A stretch of 32,990 bases of DNA, from positions 1 to 32,990 of the forward strand of contig JABLTG010000197.1 in the NCBI GenBank assembly GCA_016618085.1, in the 5' to 3' direction. Positions 20,583-31,716 of the stretch are shown piece after piece. The stretch comes from Neovahlkampfia damariscottae. Taxonomy: Eukaryota. The notes beneath the pieces are model-generated. The model had not been told where the DNA came from and did not search any database. It saw only the letters and a list, made by a program, of their open reading frames with translations. The translations under genes and the position numbers were made by a program. Every line of letters starts with the position of its first letter. The stretch's first letter is position 1.

Positions 20583-22577
20583 ATGGATGCTTATTCACTT
20601 CTACAGCATTTAGGTAGAGGTTCTGAAGGAAATGTAGTTTTAGTTGAACACAAAAAAACCAAAGAAAAGTTTGCCATCAAACGTCTTGAATTTCATTCAC
20701 TTGAAGAAGCAAACCAAAGATTAAACGAAGTAAAAAAAAATTTTTTTATGAATTAAAAACTTAAAAAGGGAAACCAGTTGATCAGTTTAAAGCACAAAAA
20801 CATTGTAAATTATCATAAAGCGTTTTTCCAAACATATTCAAAGTTGACAGAGTATGTTTGTTTAGTTGTTGAATTTTGTGAAGGTGGAGATTTACAAAAC
20901 TTAATAGATAAATATCCAAAGAAGATTATACCTGAAAAAGATATTATTCAATATGTATTTCAGATTTGTGAAGGTTTAGCTTATTTACATGAAAAGCATA
21001 TTATTCATAGGTAGAAAAAAAGAAAAAATTAAACTTCAAAGAGACTTAAAACCAAAGAATATATTCGTAAAACAAGAAGATCTAAAAATAGGTGATTTTG
21101 GTTTTTCAAAAGAATTAGGAATTTCATCTTCATTAACTGGATCAGTTTGTGGAACTGTAGAATATATGAGTCCAGAAATGTTCAGTAAAAAACCATACAA
21201 TGGTAATTCAACTCATTATTTATTCTAATTTTCATAGAAATGGTGGATATGTTCGCAGTTGGTTGTATCATGATACAAATGATGACAGGAAAATCAGAAT
21301 CATGTGGAATTGAAGTTTTACAAGATACAGACAAAAAATTTATTGAAAAAATCAAAAATAAAACAGTAAACAAAATTTTAAAACTAAAAAAATCAATAGA
21401 AAGATTATCTACCAGAACTGGTCAAAGTAGCACTTCAACTGATTTCAATTGATCCAAAAGATAGATTAACAGCAAAAGATACCTTGATCATTTTAAAAGG
21501 AATTTCAAGAAGACGTATTCAAAATGAATATGATTCATCAGAAAAACATATTTTGACAGATTTCAAAAAACTGTCAAATGAATGTCAAATTGTAATATTT
21601 TCTTATTTAGAATTTATTGATATTTTAAATTTAATGGTGCTAAATAAAGATATGAAAAAAAAAGTGGATAACGAAAATTTATGGAAATATTTTTGTAAAA
21701 ATACCCAATTGGGTATAAGTGTAATAAAATGTACAGGTAAAACTGGAAAAAAAAATTGATTTGACAATATCTAGATATTATTTTAAAAGATAAAAAATTG
21801 AATACTTTTAAAGATAGAATTAAAGTTTATTTAGAGGATAAAAATTCATCTCAACGAAAAAGAATCAAACAATATATTGGAAGAAATATAACCTCAGAAA
21901 TGTAAAATTTATATATTCAATATTAAATATTTCAAAGGAGTCCTAAATTATTTGAAAAAGCGACAAAATTTTTGACTGATTTTTTTTTAGAAGAAAAAAA
22001 TTTTTTGAAACTTATTTTCAAGAAAAAACAACTTGAAAATGAATCAGAAGAAAAAAAATTAGAATACATAATGAGAAGTTTTTTAAAGTTTGGATTAAAA
22101 TTTGGTCGTGTTTTTATCACATTAAACTACCAACAAAATGAAGAGAATATATTGGGTATTTCAATATTTCAACATCCCTTTTCATCCACTGGAATTAATT
22201 TTCAAAAAATGATGAGAGTTGGTTTTGGTGTTAATTCAATTTTTAATTTAAAAATGAATCAATTATCAAATATTTCAAATTTAATTCAAAAATTTGAAAA
22301 TTCTCATAAACGTAATGTAAATCAAAAAGAAGAACCTCATTGGACATTATTATTTGTTTGTACTTCCCAAAAAAGTAAAGGAATTGGGTCCGACTTATTA
22401 TTCCCAATCTTTAAATCTGCAGATGAAACTGATTTACCAATTTATACGTCTATATTTTTTTCAAATCCTGAATATGAAAAATTTTACAAGAATAATGGAT
22501 TCGATTTAATAGACAAGGTTAAAATGAATCCAAAGGAAGATATTGAAATGACTTCATTCATAAGAAAACCAAAATAA
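20583..22577 (+). CDS. Ser/Thr kinase (NEK-like) + F-box + GNAT acetyltransferase fusion, 6 introns
   Basis: [31 protein letters not shown]-box [13 protein letters not shown]...LW; intron 21902-21937 joins in frame to a GNAT domain ([10 protein letters not shown]...FYKNNGF). Confidence 0.8.
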
Positions 22578-22638
22578 TATTTTCTTTTGGAATTTTAAAT
22601 AACCAATCACATACAAGTTATTAAAATACAAATTTTGT

Positions 22639-22824
22639 TTATTTCCATGGATTTTGAAGAAAACTCTCTTTGTAGTAATTTTTTTTTTCAGTTTTTTGTT
22701 CTCTTGGTTCTTTTGGTTCTTTATCAGTTGTTATCCAAGGATCTTGAATAAATGAGTCTTTGTAATACTGACCATTTCTTTTGTTAAATTCTTGATTGTT
22801 ATGTTCGTACTTTCTTTTATTCAT
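22639..22824 (-). CDS. 61-aa protein with two MPLKIP/TTDN1-like motifs
   Basis: YYKDSFIQDPW and YYKESFLQNPW; ATTGG at 22844-22848. Confidence 0.65.
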   Translation of the reverse strand: MNKRKYEHNNQEFNKRNGQYYKDSFIQDPWITTDKEPKEPREQKTEKKNYYKESFLQNPWK

Positions 22825-22871
22825 GAACCAAAAACTAAATTTGATTGGAAGAAAAAAGGAATAATTAAAAA

Positions 22872-23472
22872 ATGCCAGTAAGAAAGAACAATAAGATTAA
22901 AACAACAACTACAACAAGAAATTATCTTTACTAGTTAAATTTGAAGTCGAAAATCTTGAAAAAATTTACATACCAGAACCAAGTTCCTTTGGTTGGAAGT
23001 TAATCATCAAATGCTCAAACTGTGGAGAACTTTGTCCTAAATTTGTTGTTGTTTGTCAAAGTGTAATAAAAATATAATTTTAAAAAAAAAAAAGGTTGAA
23101 GAAGATTTAAAGATGAAAAGGTTTGGATTTTATTTTTTTTTTATTTCTTTTTTTTCAAAAAGTGGTAGAGGCACAACAAATTTGAATTACAAATGTAAAT
23201 TTTGTAAAAGAGACTCAATGATTGATTTACTTCCAGAAACTGTTAAACCATACATTTGTGAGAAAGAAGAATATCAAGAAATGGTTTCATTTGATTGTAG
23301 AGGAGTTGAAATATTGAAATGGGAATGGAAAGGAACAGAAGGATTATTTACAAATGTTGAAGATGGAGAAGAATTTGAAGTTGATTTACAAGATGGTGAA
23401 GAATGGACTGATTATTCAGAAAAAACAGATCAAAGTATAGGAATATATAAAATTTATTCAAAAGTAAATTAA
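22872..23472 (+). CDS. CZIB: CXXC zinc-binding protein (DUF866/C1orf123), 3 introns
   Basis: MP|KLSL...ENL...KCSNCGE...SGRGTTNL..KCKFCKR...FDCRG...EWTDYSEK. First coding exon is 6 nt. Confidence 0.9.
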
Positions 23473-23473
23473 T

Positions 23474-24079
23474 TTATAAAATAAGACATTTTTGTTTTTT
23501 CTTTTCTCCAGAAGGTTTTTTTCCACCTTCTTGTTCGCCACCTTCTCCAGCACCTTCTTCTTCTTCTTCACCTTCGTTCATTAAAAGTTTTACAAGAGCA
23601 TGGAAACATTCTTCAACGTTTAATCTATCTTTAGCTGAAGCTTCAAAGAATTTACAGTTTCCAAATTTTTCAGCCATTTGTTTTCCTTCTTGTGTAGAGA
23701 CACCTCTTTCTTCTTCTAAATCACATTTATTACCAACCAAAACTAATGGAACTTCATCTGAATCAACTGAACGTAAAAGTTGTTCATGAATTTGTTGACA
23801 ATCTTGAAAAGAAGAAGGATCTGTAATACTGTATACTAAAATGAAAGCTTGTCCAGTTCTCATATATTGATCTCTCATAGCTGAGTATTCTTCTTGTCCA
23901 GCTGTATCTAAGATATCCAAAGTACATAATTTTCCGTCAACTTCAACTTGTTTTCTGTATGAATCTTCGATAGTAGGATCATATTTTTCAACGAAGTTTC
24001 CTTGAATAAATTGAATGGTAAGAGCAGATTTTCCTACACCACCACTTCCTAAGACTACGACTTTGTATGTTTCTGTCAT
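23474..24079 (-). CDS. Ras-family small GTPase (Ras/Rap-like)
   Basis: [32 protein letters not shown] and CAAX CLIL. Start taken at MTETYK. Confidence 0.96.
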   Translation of the reverse strand: MTETYKVVVLGSGGVGKSALTIQFIQGNFVEKYDPTIEDSYRKQVEVDGKLCTLDILDTAGQEEYSAMRDQYMRTGQAFILVYSITDPSSFQDCQQIHEQLLRSVDSDEVPLVLVGNKCDLEEERGVSTQEGKQMAEKFGNCKFFEASAKDRLNVEECFHALVKLLMNEGEEEEEGAGEGGEQEGGKKPSGEKKKQKCLIL

Positions 24080-24460
24080 TGTGTTTTTTGTTTTTTCGTT
24101 AACGGCAAGTGAATAATAATAGGCCAATCAAATCATTTTTATGGAATTGGAGAATGGATATGATTGGTCAAAGAAGTCTAAAAAAAATTAAAGTTCTCAT
24201 TGGGTACATACCAAAAGTACGAGAAGTTGTTCTTAGTGCTTAATTTGAAATGAAATAGTCTCTAATTGATAAAAAGAAGGAATTTCTCTTTGGAAATGTC
24301 ATAGACAATTTTGATTGACACGCATCAAGAATTGACTTTTCCGTTCAAAATGATCCCTTTATCAAAATAATACTAAAACCTGTGTTTTGATAATTTCCTA
24401 AATTTGTATTGGATCAATTTTTATAACTGAAAAATTAGAATTATCCCATTGGCTGTTGTT

Positions 24461-26008
24461 ATGCTAAACAAACTCTTCATAAAAAAAGAAAAAAGTGCAT
24501 CTTTTTATGACAGAGAAGATTCAGATGAAACTAAATCCCCAATAACACCAAGAGGGTCTCCTTTTTCATTAAAATCAATCAGTTTCAGAAGAAGTACTTC
24601 TTCAAAAAATGATCTGAAAGAACCATCACCTCTCCAAAAAGGAAAAAAAGATTTTGGACAATTTTTAAATATAAAGGAAGAATTTGATAATATTCATGAA
24701 TCAGAAAATGAACTTTTAGATTTATCTTCAAAACTGAAATTAAGACCAAAACAAAAAAAAGAAATTAAACGAAAAAGTGAATTAGCTTTTGAAGGAACTC
24801 ATGTTGAATCGGATGATGAATATGAAGATACAGCTTCTATGAAATCGATTGAAACAGATGAAGAAGACGACGATGATATTTTTCTATTGGAAAAAAAAGA
24901 AAAAACATCAAAAGAAAAAATGGAAGAAATGATTATCACAACAAGAAGAAAAAAAACTAGATCTATATCCATTATGCATAAATATGAATCAGCAAAAAAT
25001 TTCTCTGTTGAAAATGAGAAATCCATTGAACAAGAAAAAAAATTATTTCAATTTGTGAAAAAGAACAACATCAATGCTTTCAAAGATACCATAGAAAATA
25101 ATGAATGCTTAGATTTAAATTGGAAAAATCCAGAGTTGGATTTCATTACTTTGTTGCATGCATCAATTTTTTCGGATAACTTTGAAGCATGTGAATTTTT
25201 GGTAAAGAATAATGTAGATATAGAAATTTTGGATAAAAGAGAAAGGTCACCTTTACATATTGCTTGTTATTTAGCAAGAATAGAAATCATTGCAATTTTA
25301 TTGGCCAATGGAGCAAAAGTTAACATTAAAGATGGTTTTGGAAATGCACCAATACATATTTTGATGAAATCTCATCATTTTGATTTATTAGATGCCCTGA
25401 TTTTATCAGGTTGTGATTTAAATTTCAAAACAGCTTCAGGTAAAGAAACAAAAAAAAAAATGTAAAAATTTCACACAGGCTCAACTTTAATACATGACTC
25501 AATTGTTTCAAACGATGATGAATTACTTCAGTTTCTTTTATTAGTTTCTGAAAATTCTATTGCTGAAATTTCTTTGAACTCAAGAGACAGATTAGGTTTT
25601 ACACCATTTTTAAAATCAGTATCAAATGGAAATTTGAAATCATTCAATTTATTATTAAAAAATTTAAAAATTGATAAATATGTTACCACAACAAATGGTC
25701 ATAACATCTTTCATGTCGCTGCAAACTTTTCAAAAGAAAATTTTATTCCAGTTTTAGCAAAGTTCTTCAACGAAGAAGAATTAAAAAATCTTTTAAACCA
25801 ACAAGATACCTTAAAACAAAAAAATACACCTGTGCATCTGGCCATTAAACATAAAAATATGAAAATCATTAACGAATTTTTGAGTGTAAAAAAACATATT
25901 CAATGGAACAAAACAAATCAAAATGGAAAGACACCATTATCATTAGCACAAGAAATGAATGAAATTGAAATTATAAATTTATTAAAAAAAAATGGAATTA
26001 AGAAATAA
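24461..26008 (+). CDS. Ankyrin repeat protein with low-complexity N-terminus, 1 intron
   Basis: SPLHIAC, GNAPIH, GFTPFL, NTPVHLA and GKTPLSLA; intron about 25440-25478. Confidence 0.9.
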
Positions 26009-26015
26009 TTTGTAT

Positions 26016-26468
26016 TTACAATTTTCGACTTGCTTGATAATAACCTGTATAATAACCACTGTAATACCAACTTAAAAGTAAATTCGCTAGATCTTCATTT
26101 TTTAATATTTCAGGTGTTAAAGGTGGTGGAGGCGCAATAGGATCATTTTTAAATGAATTTTGTTTTTTCACATTTTCCTGTACATCTTCTTCTTGTAGAT
26201 TTATCTTTTGTTTTTTTTTTTTTGGTTCTTCATTGATTTCTTCTTCTTCTATGATTAAATCCTTATTGAACTCTTCAGAACTTTGAACATTAAAAGTAAT
26301 GTTATGCTCAAATTGTTCTTGTTCTTCTTCGATTGGTCGTTCTTCTTGTATTTTATATTCTGTTATTTTTATTCTTTCATATGGTTCTTTATCTGTTTTG
26401 TATGAGTTATATGCTTGTTCAAAAGCGTTTTGAACAATTTCTTGGTTGTTGTTATTTGTTTCTTCCAT
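26016..26468 (-). CDS. SMN: Survival motor neuron (SMN)-like protein, no Tudor domain evident
   Basis: Poly-Pro followed by a YG box LLLSWYYSGYYTGYYQA. N-terminal NAFEQAYNSYK resembles the Gemin2-binding helix. Confidence 0.82.
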   Translation of the reverse strand: MEETNNNNQEIVQNAFEQAYNSYKTDKEPYERIKITEYKIQEERPIEEEQEQFEHNITFNVQSSEEFNKDLIIEEEEINEEPKKKKQKINLQEEDVQENVKKQNSFKNDPIAPPPPLTPEILKNEDLANLLLSWYYSGYYTGYYQASRKL

Positions 26469-26514
26469 TGTTGATTTTCATTGGACAAGATTACAAATTG
26501 GTGTTGAATAGAAA
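26469..26514. promoter_or_regulatory. 46-bp bidirectional promoter region (SMN/TRM9)
   Basis: Divergent ATGs at 26468 and 26515, with ATTGG at 26480-26484 and 26497-26501. Confidence 0.6.
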
Positions 26515-27442
26515 ATGGAAAAGAAGATGGAAAACGCAGAAAATTTTGAAAAAGAACATGTGGAGAAAGTTTATAATGAAATAGCACCACATTTCAGTCA
26601 AACAAGAACAAGAGTAAATTTACTTTTATTTTTTTACTCTAAAGCCTTGGCCTTTTGTTGAAAAATTTTTAAAGAGTCAGAAAGATGACTCTTTGGTAGC
26701 AGGTAAATAAACAAAATTTTAAACATTTCAAAGATGTTGGGTATGCAACTTAATTTTTTTAACATTTTTAGTTGTGGAAATGGAAAATACTTTTTTGTTA
26801 ATAACAGTAAAAAAAAACTTATTTTAGACTCACTTTTTAATAAAAAAGAAATAACTATGATAGGATCTGATTTGTATTCTTTTTTTTGTTTTTTTAACGC
26901 TACTTCAAGGAGTGAAGGTTTAATAAAAATCTGTCGTGATAGAAATTTACAATGCTTCGTAGCAGATGGTTTATTATTACCATATCGTTCCAATACTTTC
27001 GTAAAATAAAAAAAAACATTGAAAAATTATCAAATAAGGACTCTGCAATTTCAATTGCTGTTATACATCATTTCAGCACCATAGAAAGAAGAATTCAATC
27101 CATTCAAGTATCATAATACATTAATTAACAATCAAGGAATTAAGTAGAATCATCAAACCAAATGGTTTAATTCTCATCTATGTATGGGCATTTGAACAAG
27201 AAAAATATGAAAAAAAAAATGAACAAGATGTCTTCATTTCATGGGAATTACAAAAAAAATATCAAAAAGAAAATGAAATTTATGAAACAAATGAAGATGG
27301 AAAAGTCATTTTTCAAAGGTATTATCATTTATTCAAAAAGAACGAATTGGAAAATTTGATTTTAAAATGCGGAAATTTAGAAATCATTGAAAGTGAATTT
27401 GAGAATAATAATTGGATTGTGGTTTGTAAAAAATTGAAATGA
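26515..27442 (+). CDS. TRM9: tRNA wobble-uridine methyltransferase Trm9/ALKBH8-MTase, 7 introns
   Basis: EKEHVEKVYNEIAPHFSQTR.RPWP, DVGCGNGKY (split by a microexon), ISIAVIHHFST, YVWA and RYYHLF. Confidence 0.93.
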
Positions 27443-27552
27443 AGAATTTATTTTTTTTTTACCGTTAATTTTTTTCAATTCTATTTTTAATTTTTTTGTT
27501 GAACCTTAAATAACTCCAAATTTTTTGATTGGATCATTATTTTTATTTTGTG

Positions 27553-28327
27553 ATGTCTTCTGCAGAAGAAATTTGTAAAAACATTGATGAACTCATCAAC
27601 CAAAAAGCTGACAGACAAGAAATGTTTGATATAATGGAAAAAGCTTATGAAAACCACAAAGGTAAAGAAAAAAAAAAAAAAATAAATTTTGACAAAAGAT
27701 GACGTTGAAATTCTTTGGAGATTTGCAAGAGCTTATTACATGATATCTGAAATAGTACCTGAAAATGAAAGATATGATACCATGAAAAAAGGAGAAAAAC
27801 ACGCTCTTGTATGTATAGAAAAAGCTCCAGAACATTATGCTGGTTATAAATGGTATGGTATTTTATTAGGTTCTTCAGTTGAATATGAATCAATTCAAAC
27901 TAAAATAAAAAATGGATTTATCATAAGAGACAACTTACAAAAGTCAGTTGATTTAAACTCTGGAGATGCAACTAGTTTATTTGCTCTTGGAAAAATGTCA
28001 TATAAAGTAGCAAGTTTAGGAAAGATTCAAAGAGCAATGGCAACTGCAATTTTTGGAGAAGTACCTTTTTCAACAATGGATGAAACTATTGATCGTTTTC
28101 TTGGAGTTGAAGAGATATTAAAAGATCCATCAAAAAAACAATATAAAGAATTAATCATAAGAAACAAAGTTTGGTTGGGTGATTCATATTACCATAAATC
28201 AGATTATGAAAACGCAAAAAAATGGTATAATATCGCTTTAGAACATGAAGCTACAACAGATCTTGACAAAGAATTTCATGGAAAAGCAACAAAAAATTTA
28301 AAATCTTGTTCATCATCTTGGTGGTAA
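27553..28327 (+). CDS. Regulator of microtubule dynamics (RMD/FAM82)-like TPR protein, 1 intron
   Basis: DVEILWRFARAYY, YKWYGILLG and ATAIFGEVP.ST..E; intron about 27662-27698. Confidence 0.85.
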
Positions 28328-28360
28328 AGAAAGAAACAAAAAAAAAAAATAAATATTTTT

Positions 28361-28784
28361 TTATTCTCCATAGTCTAAATTAATATTTGTTCCAAATTTT
28401 GCATATAGTTCAGCTTTAAGTGATTTCATTTTTTTTTTAATTTCTTCAATATTTTTTTTTTTTGCTTGAACTTCTTTTGTTATTTTTGATTTTCTTTCTT
28501 CTAAAATTTCTTCTACTTCGTCTTGTTGAATATTGATAAATGAATCACCAACTGATAATTTTATATCATCTGTTAAATAAATTTCATCAAGAGCATCTCC
28601 AATTTTTTCATTTTCTTCTGTCTATTTTTGAGTTAAAAAAAAAATTTAATTTTTTTACAGAGTCTTCAATATCAACTTCATATTGAGATAATAATAAATG
28701 AAGTCTATTAAAGTCATTTATTCTAATTTGATCTTCATAATTAACATCAATATCAGGTTTTGCTTGTTGTGTTGCTACACTCAT
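28361..28784 (-). CDS. PFDN4: Prefoldin subunit 4, 1 intron
   Basis: VNYEDQIRINDFNRLH...LKAELYAKFGTNINL. Confidence 0.92.
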
Positions 28785-28832
28785 TCTTTGTTTAAAAAAA
28801 TAATGAACCAATAAAAACTGATAAATTTTATT

Positions 28833-29980
28833 TTAAAACATTTCATGTGCTTTTCCATAATAACGATTAATATAAGGTGATTTAAAATCACCAACATTTA
28901 TATCCTTATTTTGTGGATAAAATTTATAAAATTTTAATTTTTCAAATTCAGCTTTTTGTTGTTTTGTGTAGACTGAAAATCTTTTCAATTTTTCTTCTTT
29001 TTCTTTTTTAAATTTTTCTTTTGTTGATTTAATTTCATCTTTAATTGCATTTTTAACAATAACAGCTTCTTCTTTGGTTAATTCATTTTCTTTTGAATAT
29101 TCTTCAACAAATTCATCAACATCGTCAAACTCAAAATCCTATTTTAAACATTTAAAAATGACACAAAAGTTTACAAAATCAAGACTGTTAAAAATATTAA
29201 ACAAATTTTTTTTTTTTTTACGAAAGTCCTCTTCCATTGACAACTAATTGAACCATAATTTCTGTATTTTGTTGAAGATCATTTTCTTGTTCCTTTTTAT
29301 AAATATAAGGTAAACAATAATCATATTTAAATTTATCTTCTTCTTTTAAATTTACTAAATTTGATCTTCTTTCATAACAATCAAGATAAAAAAAGTTATT
29401 TAAATCAGATAATCTTTGAATTAATAAATATTATTTTTTACTCTTTCTTTTTTGATTTTAATTGAAAGAAACCCATTTTCATATCACTCATTGCTAAAAT
29501 TTCTTCATCTTGTCTTTGAACAGATGTAATTCCTAATGTCGAAAGTGGAGGTGTATCACCAACAACTAAGACAATGTGAGGTCTGAACAAGGTTATTTAA
29601 TTTTTTTTTTTTTTTTTTTTTTACATTGGAGCTGAAGTTTGAACACCATTGGATAAAGTGATCATTTGAGGTTCTGTTGAACCAAATGCATAAATATACT
29701 TTCCTTTAAATTCTTTGTTTTTGAGTTTTTGATATAAGTGGTCAAAGTTCCATGGAAAACGATAACTTTCATCATAAATATTCCATTCTGTTCCAACTAA
29801 AAATATTTTTTTCCACTCATTCCATTCATTTACTTCAACTTCTTTATAAAATCTTTCTTTTGCTGGAGTCTTTGAAACTTTTTTGAAATTGATTGTTTTT
29901 GATTTATCAGGTTTTTCAATACGTTTAACTAATGATCTATCAAAAATGTGAACTTTTTTCTTTTGATGTTTTTTGGTCAT
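28833..29980 (-). CDS. HIT4: HEAT INTOLERANT 4 (HIT4)-like protein, 4 introns
   Basis: FLVGTEW...WNF...YAFGSTEPQ...GITSVQR..EEI..M..MKM...YCLPY...KFYP...KSPYINRYYGKAHE matches my recollection of plant HIT4 conserved blocks. Confidence 0.8.
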
Positions 29981-30038
29981 TTTTTTCTTTCCACCAAAAC
30001 TCAACAAACTAATTGGTTGAATTTGTCCAATAAAAAAT

Positions 30039-31551
30039 TTATTTAAAAATTATTTTAATTTTTTCGTCTAATTTTAAATCTTCAACATTATTACAATATT
30101 TTAAATCAAGAATCTTTAAATTTGGACATCCACTATAATTTTTTCCTCCATTCACAATCAGTTTGATATTTTCAATATCAATTTGAGTTGATTGTAAATT
30201 TAATTCTTCAAGAGTATTGCAATCTGTAATATGAGCAGTGAATATTTGTTGACATGAAGATAGATCAATAGTTTTTACATTTGGTGAATTGATAAAAGGT
30301 TTGATTAATCTTGAACATTGAGCTAAAGTTAATTTTGATAATTTGGAAGAATCATCTGTATAATTTTTTAGAATGTCATTTAAATTTGGATCATCTATTA
30401 AAGTACCACTTAAATTTAATTCCTCTAAATATGGTGAATGGATTTTAACCGATTTCAATGCCTAACAAAAAATGTTAAAAATTCTAAACTTTTAACGACA
30501 AACTTCACAATGAACTATTTCTAATTTCTTCAAATTAGAGGTTGATAAATTTGGATTTTTAATGTTAGAACAACATAAAAGTCTTAAATTTTCCAAATTC
30601 TTACAAAAATAAGATGAAATCAAATTTAAAGATTGATCTGAAATTTTAGTTTGACTTAAATCCAATGTTTTGATTGATGGAAATGGTGTATCAAACGGTG
30701 ATTTAACTTGAATACAACCGAATAAATTCAATTTTTCTAATTTTGAATCTTCAATTTGTTTTAAAATCTTTGAAATTTTTCCATCATCAAACTTGATTAA
30801 TCTTTGAAGCTTTAACTCTTTCAATTCTTTAATTTTCAATGTGATGGATTCAATTTTAAAACAGTAACTAAAATCAATTGAATCTACTTTCCTTAAATTT
30901 GTTTGATTTTCAAATGAACTTTGAACAATTGGATTTACAATACTTGTTGAAAAAAAATCCAAATTTTCAACATAACTTGGACTGATATTTAACATTAATT
31001 TTTCCAATGTTTCATCATTTATCAGTGTATTCTTAAAAGATACACTTTCAAGTGATAAACTATTTTTTGGAAATTTAATACTCTTCAAGTTTCTACATGA
31101 ATCAAGTGATAATTTTTTTAAACCAAAACAATGTTCAATAGACAATTGCTGAATGTTATTATTTTTTAAAAATTCAAATCTTTTTAAAGATTCTCCACAA
31201 ATTTCCAATAATTCTTCTAATTTTTCAACAGGTAATGTTTTGAAATTCTCTAACAACAATTCATCAACGATTTTGAACCTTTTTATGAATGTTATAATAT
31301 CTTCAATTTTTGTTTTTTGTGGTATTAATCCTAATTTTTTTTTTAATTTTTTTTTTTCATACTTGCATTGATATGAATTGAGTGAAGTTGACCAAACACA
31401 ATTTCAAAAAATTTTTTATCAACTAAACAAAGTTGTTTCACTAGGTAATTGAATTCTAAATATGAAAGTACGATGCTGTATATTTCTGTTGGTAAACCTG
31501 TTGCAAATAAAAAATTAGTTAATTTGTTGCTTAACCTAAAATTGAAGACAT
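30039..31551 (-). CDS. F-box/LRR protein, 3 introns
   Basis: LG|LPTEIYSIVLSYL F-box, then many LxxLxLxxC/T-type LRRs. Confidence 0.88.
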
Positions 31552-31716
31552 GTTGATTGGTTGGAATTTTCCAAAATTTTCGTGGTTTTCTTTGTCATCC
31601 TAAAAAATTTATTCAAAATTTTCAGAAAACAATAAAACGAAAGATCATTGGTCAGCTCAAAAAAGATAAACCAATCATTGGGAAATAAACCGAATCAATT
31701 TCTAGCTTCATCAACC

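Noticed and set aside
24130..24450. Unusually long Ras/ankyrin spacer, a possible hidden ncRNA or small gene
   Set aside because: No convincing ORF, splice pattern or RNA motif found by eye; it contains only CCAAT boxes.
24510..24521. ACAGAGAAGATT, resembling the U6 snRNA core
   Set aside because: It lies in the ankyrin gene's coding frame (DRED) and flanking U6 sequence is absent.
2922..31371. Many short ORF-track entries antisense or out of frame to called genes (e.g. 2922-3224, 3537-3941, 19357-19635, 24799-25026, 26634-26993, 31153-31371)
   Set aside because: They are shadows of real genes in AT-rich DNA, with no motifs and often non-ATG starts.
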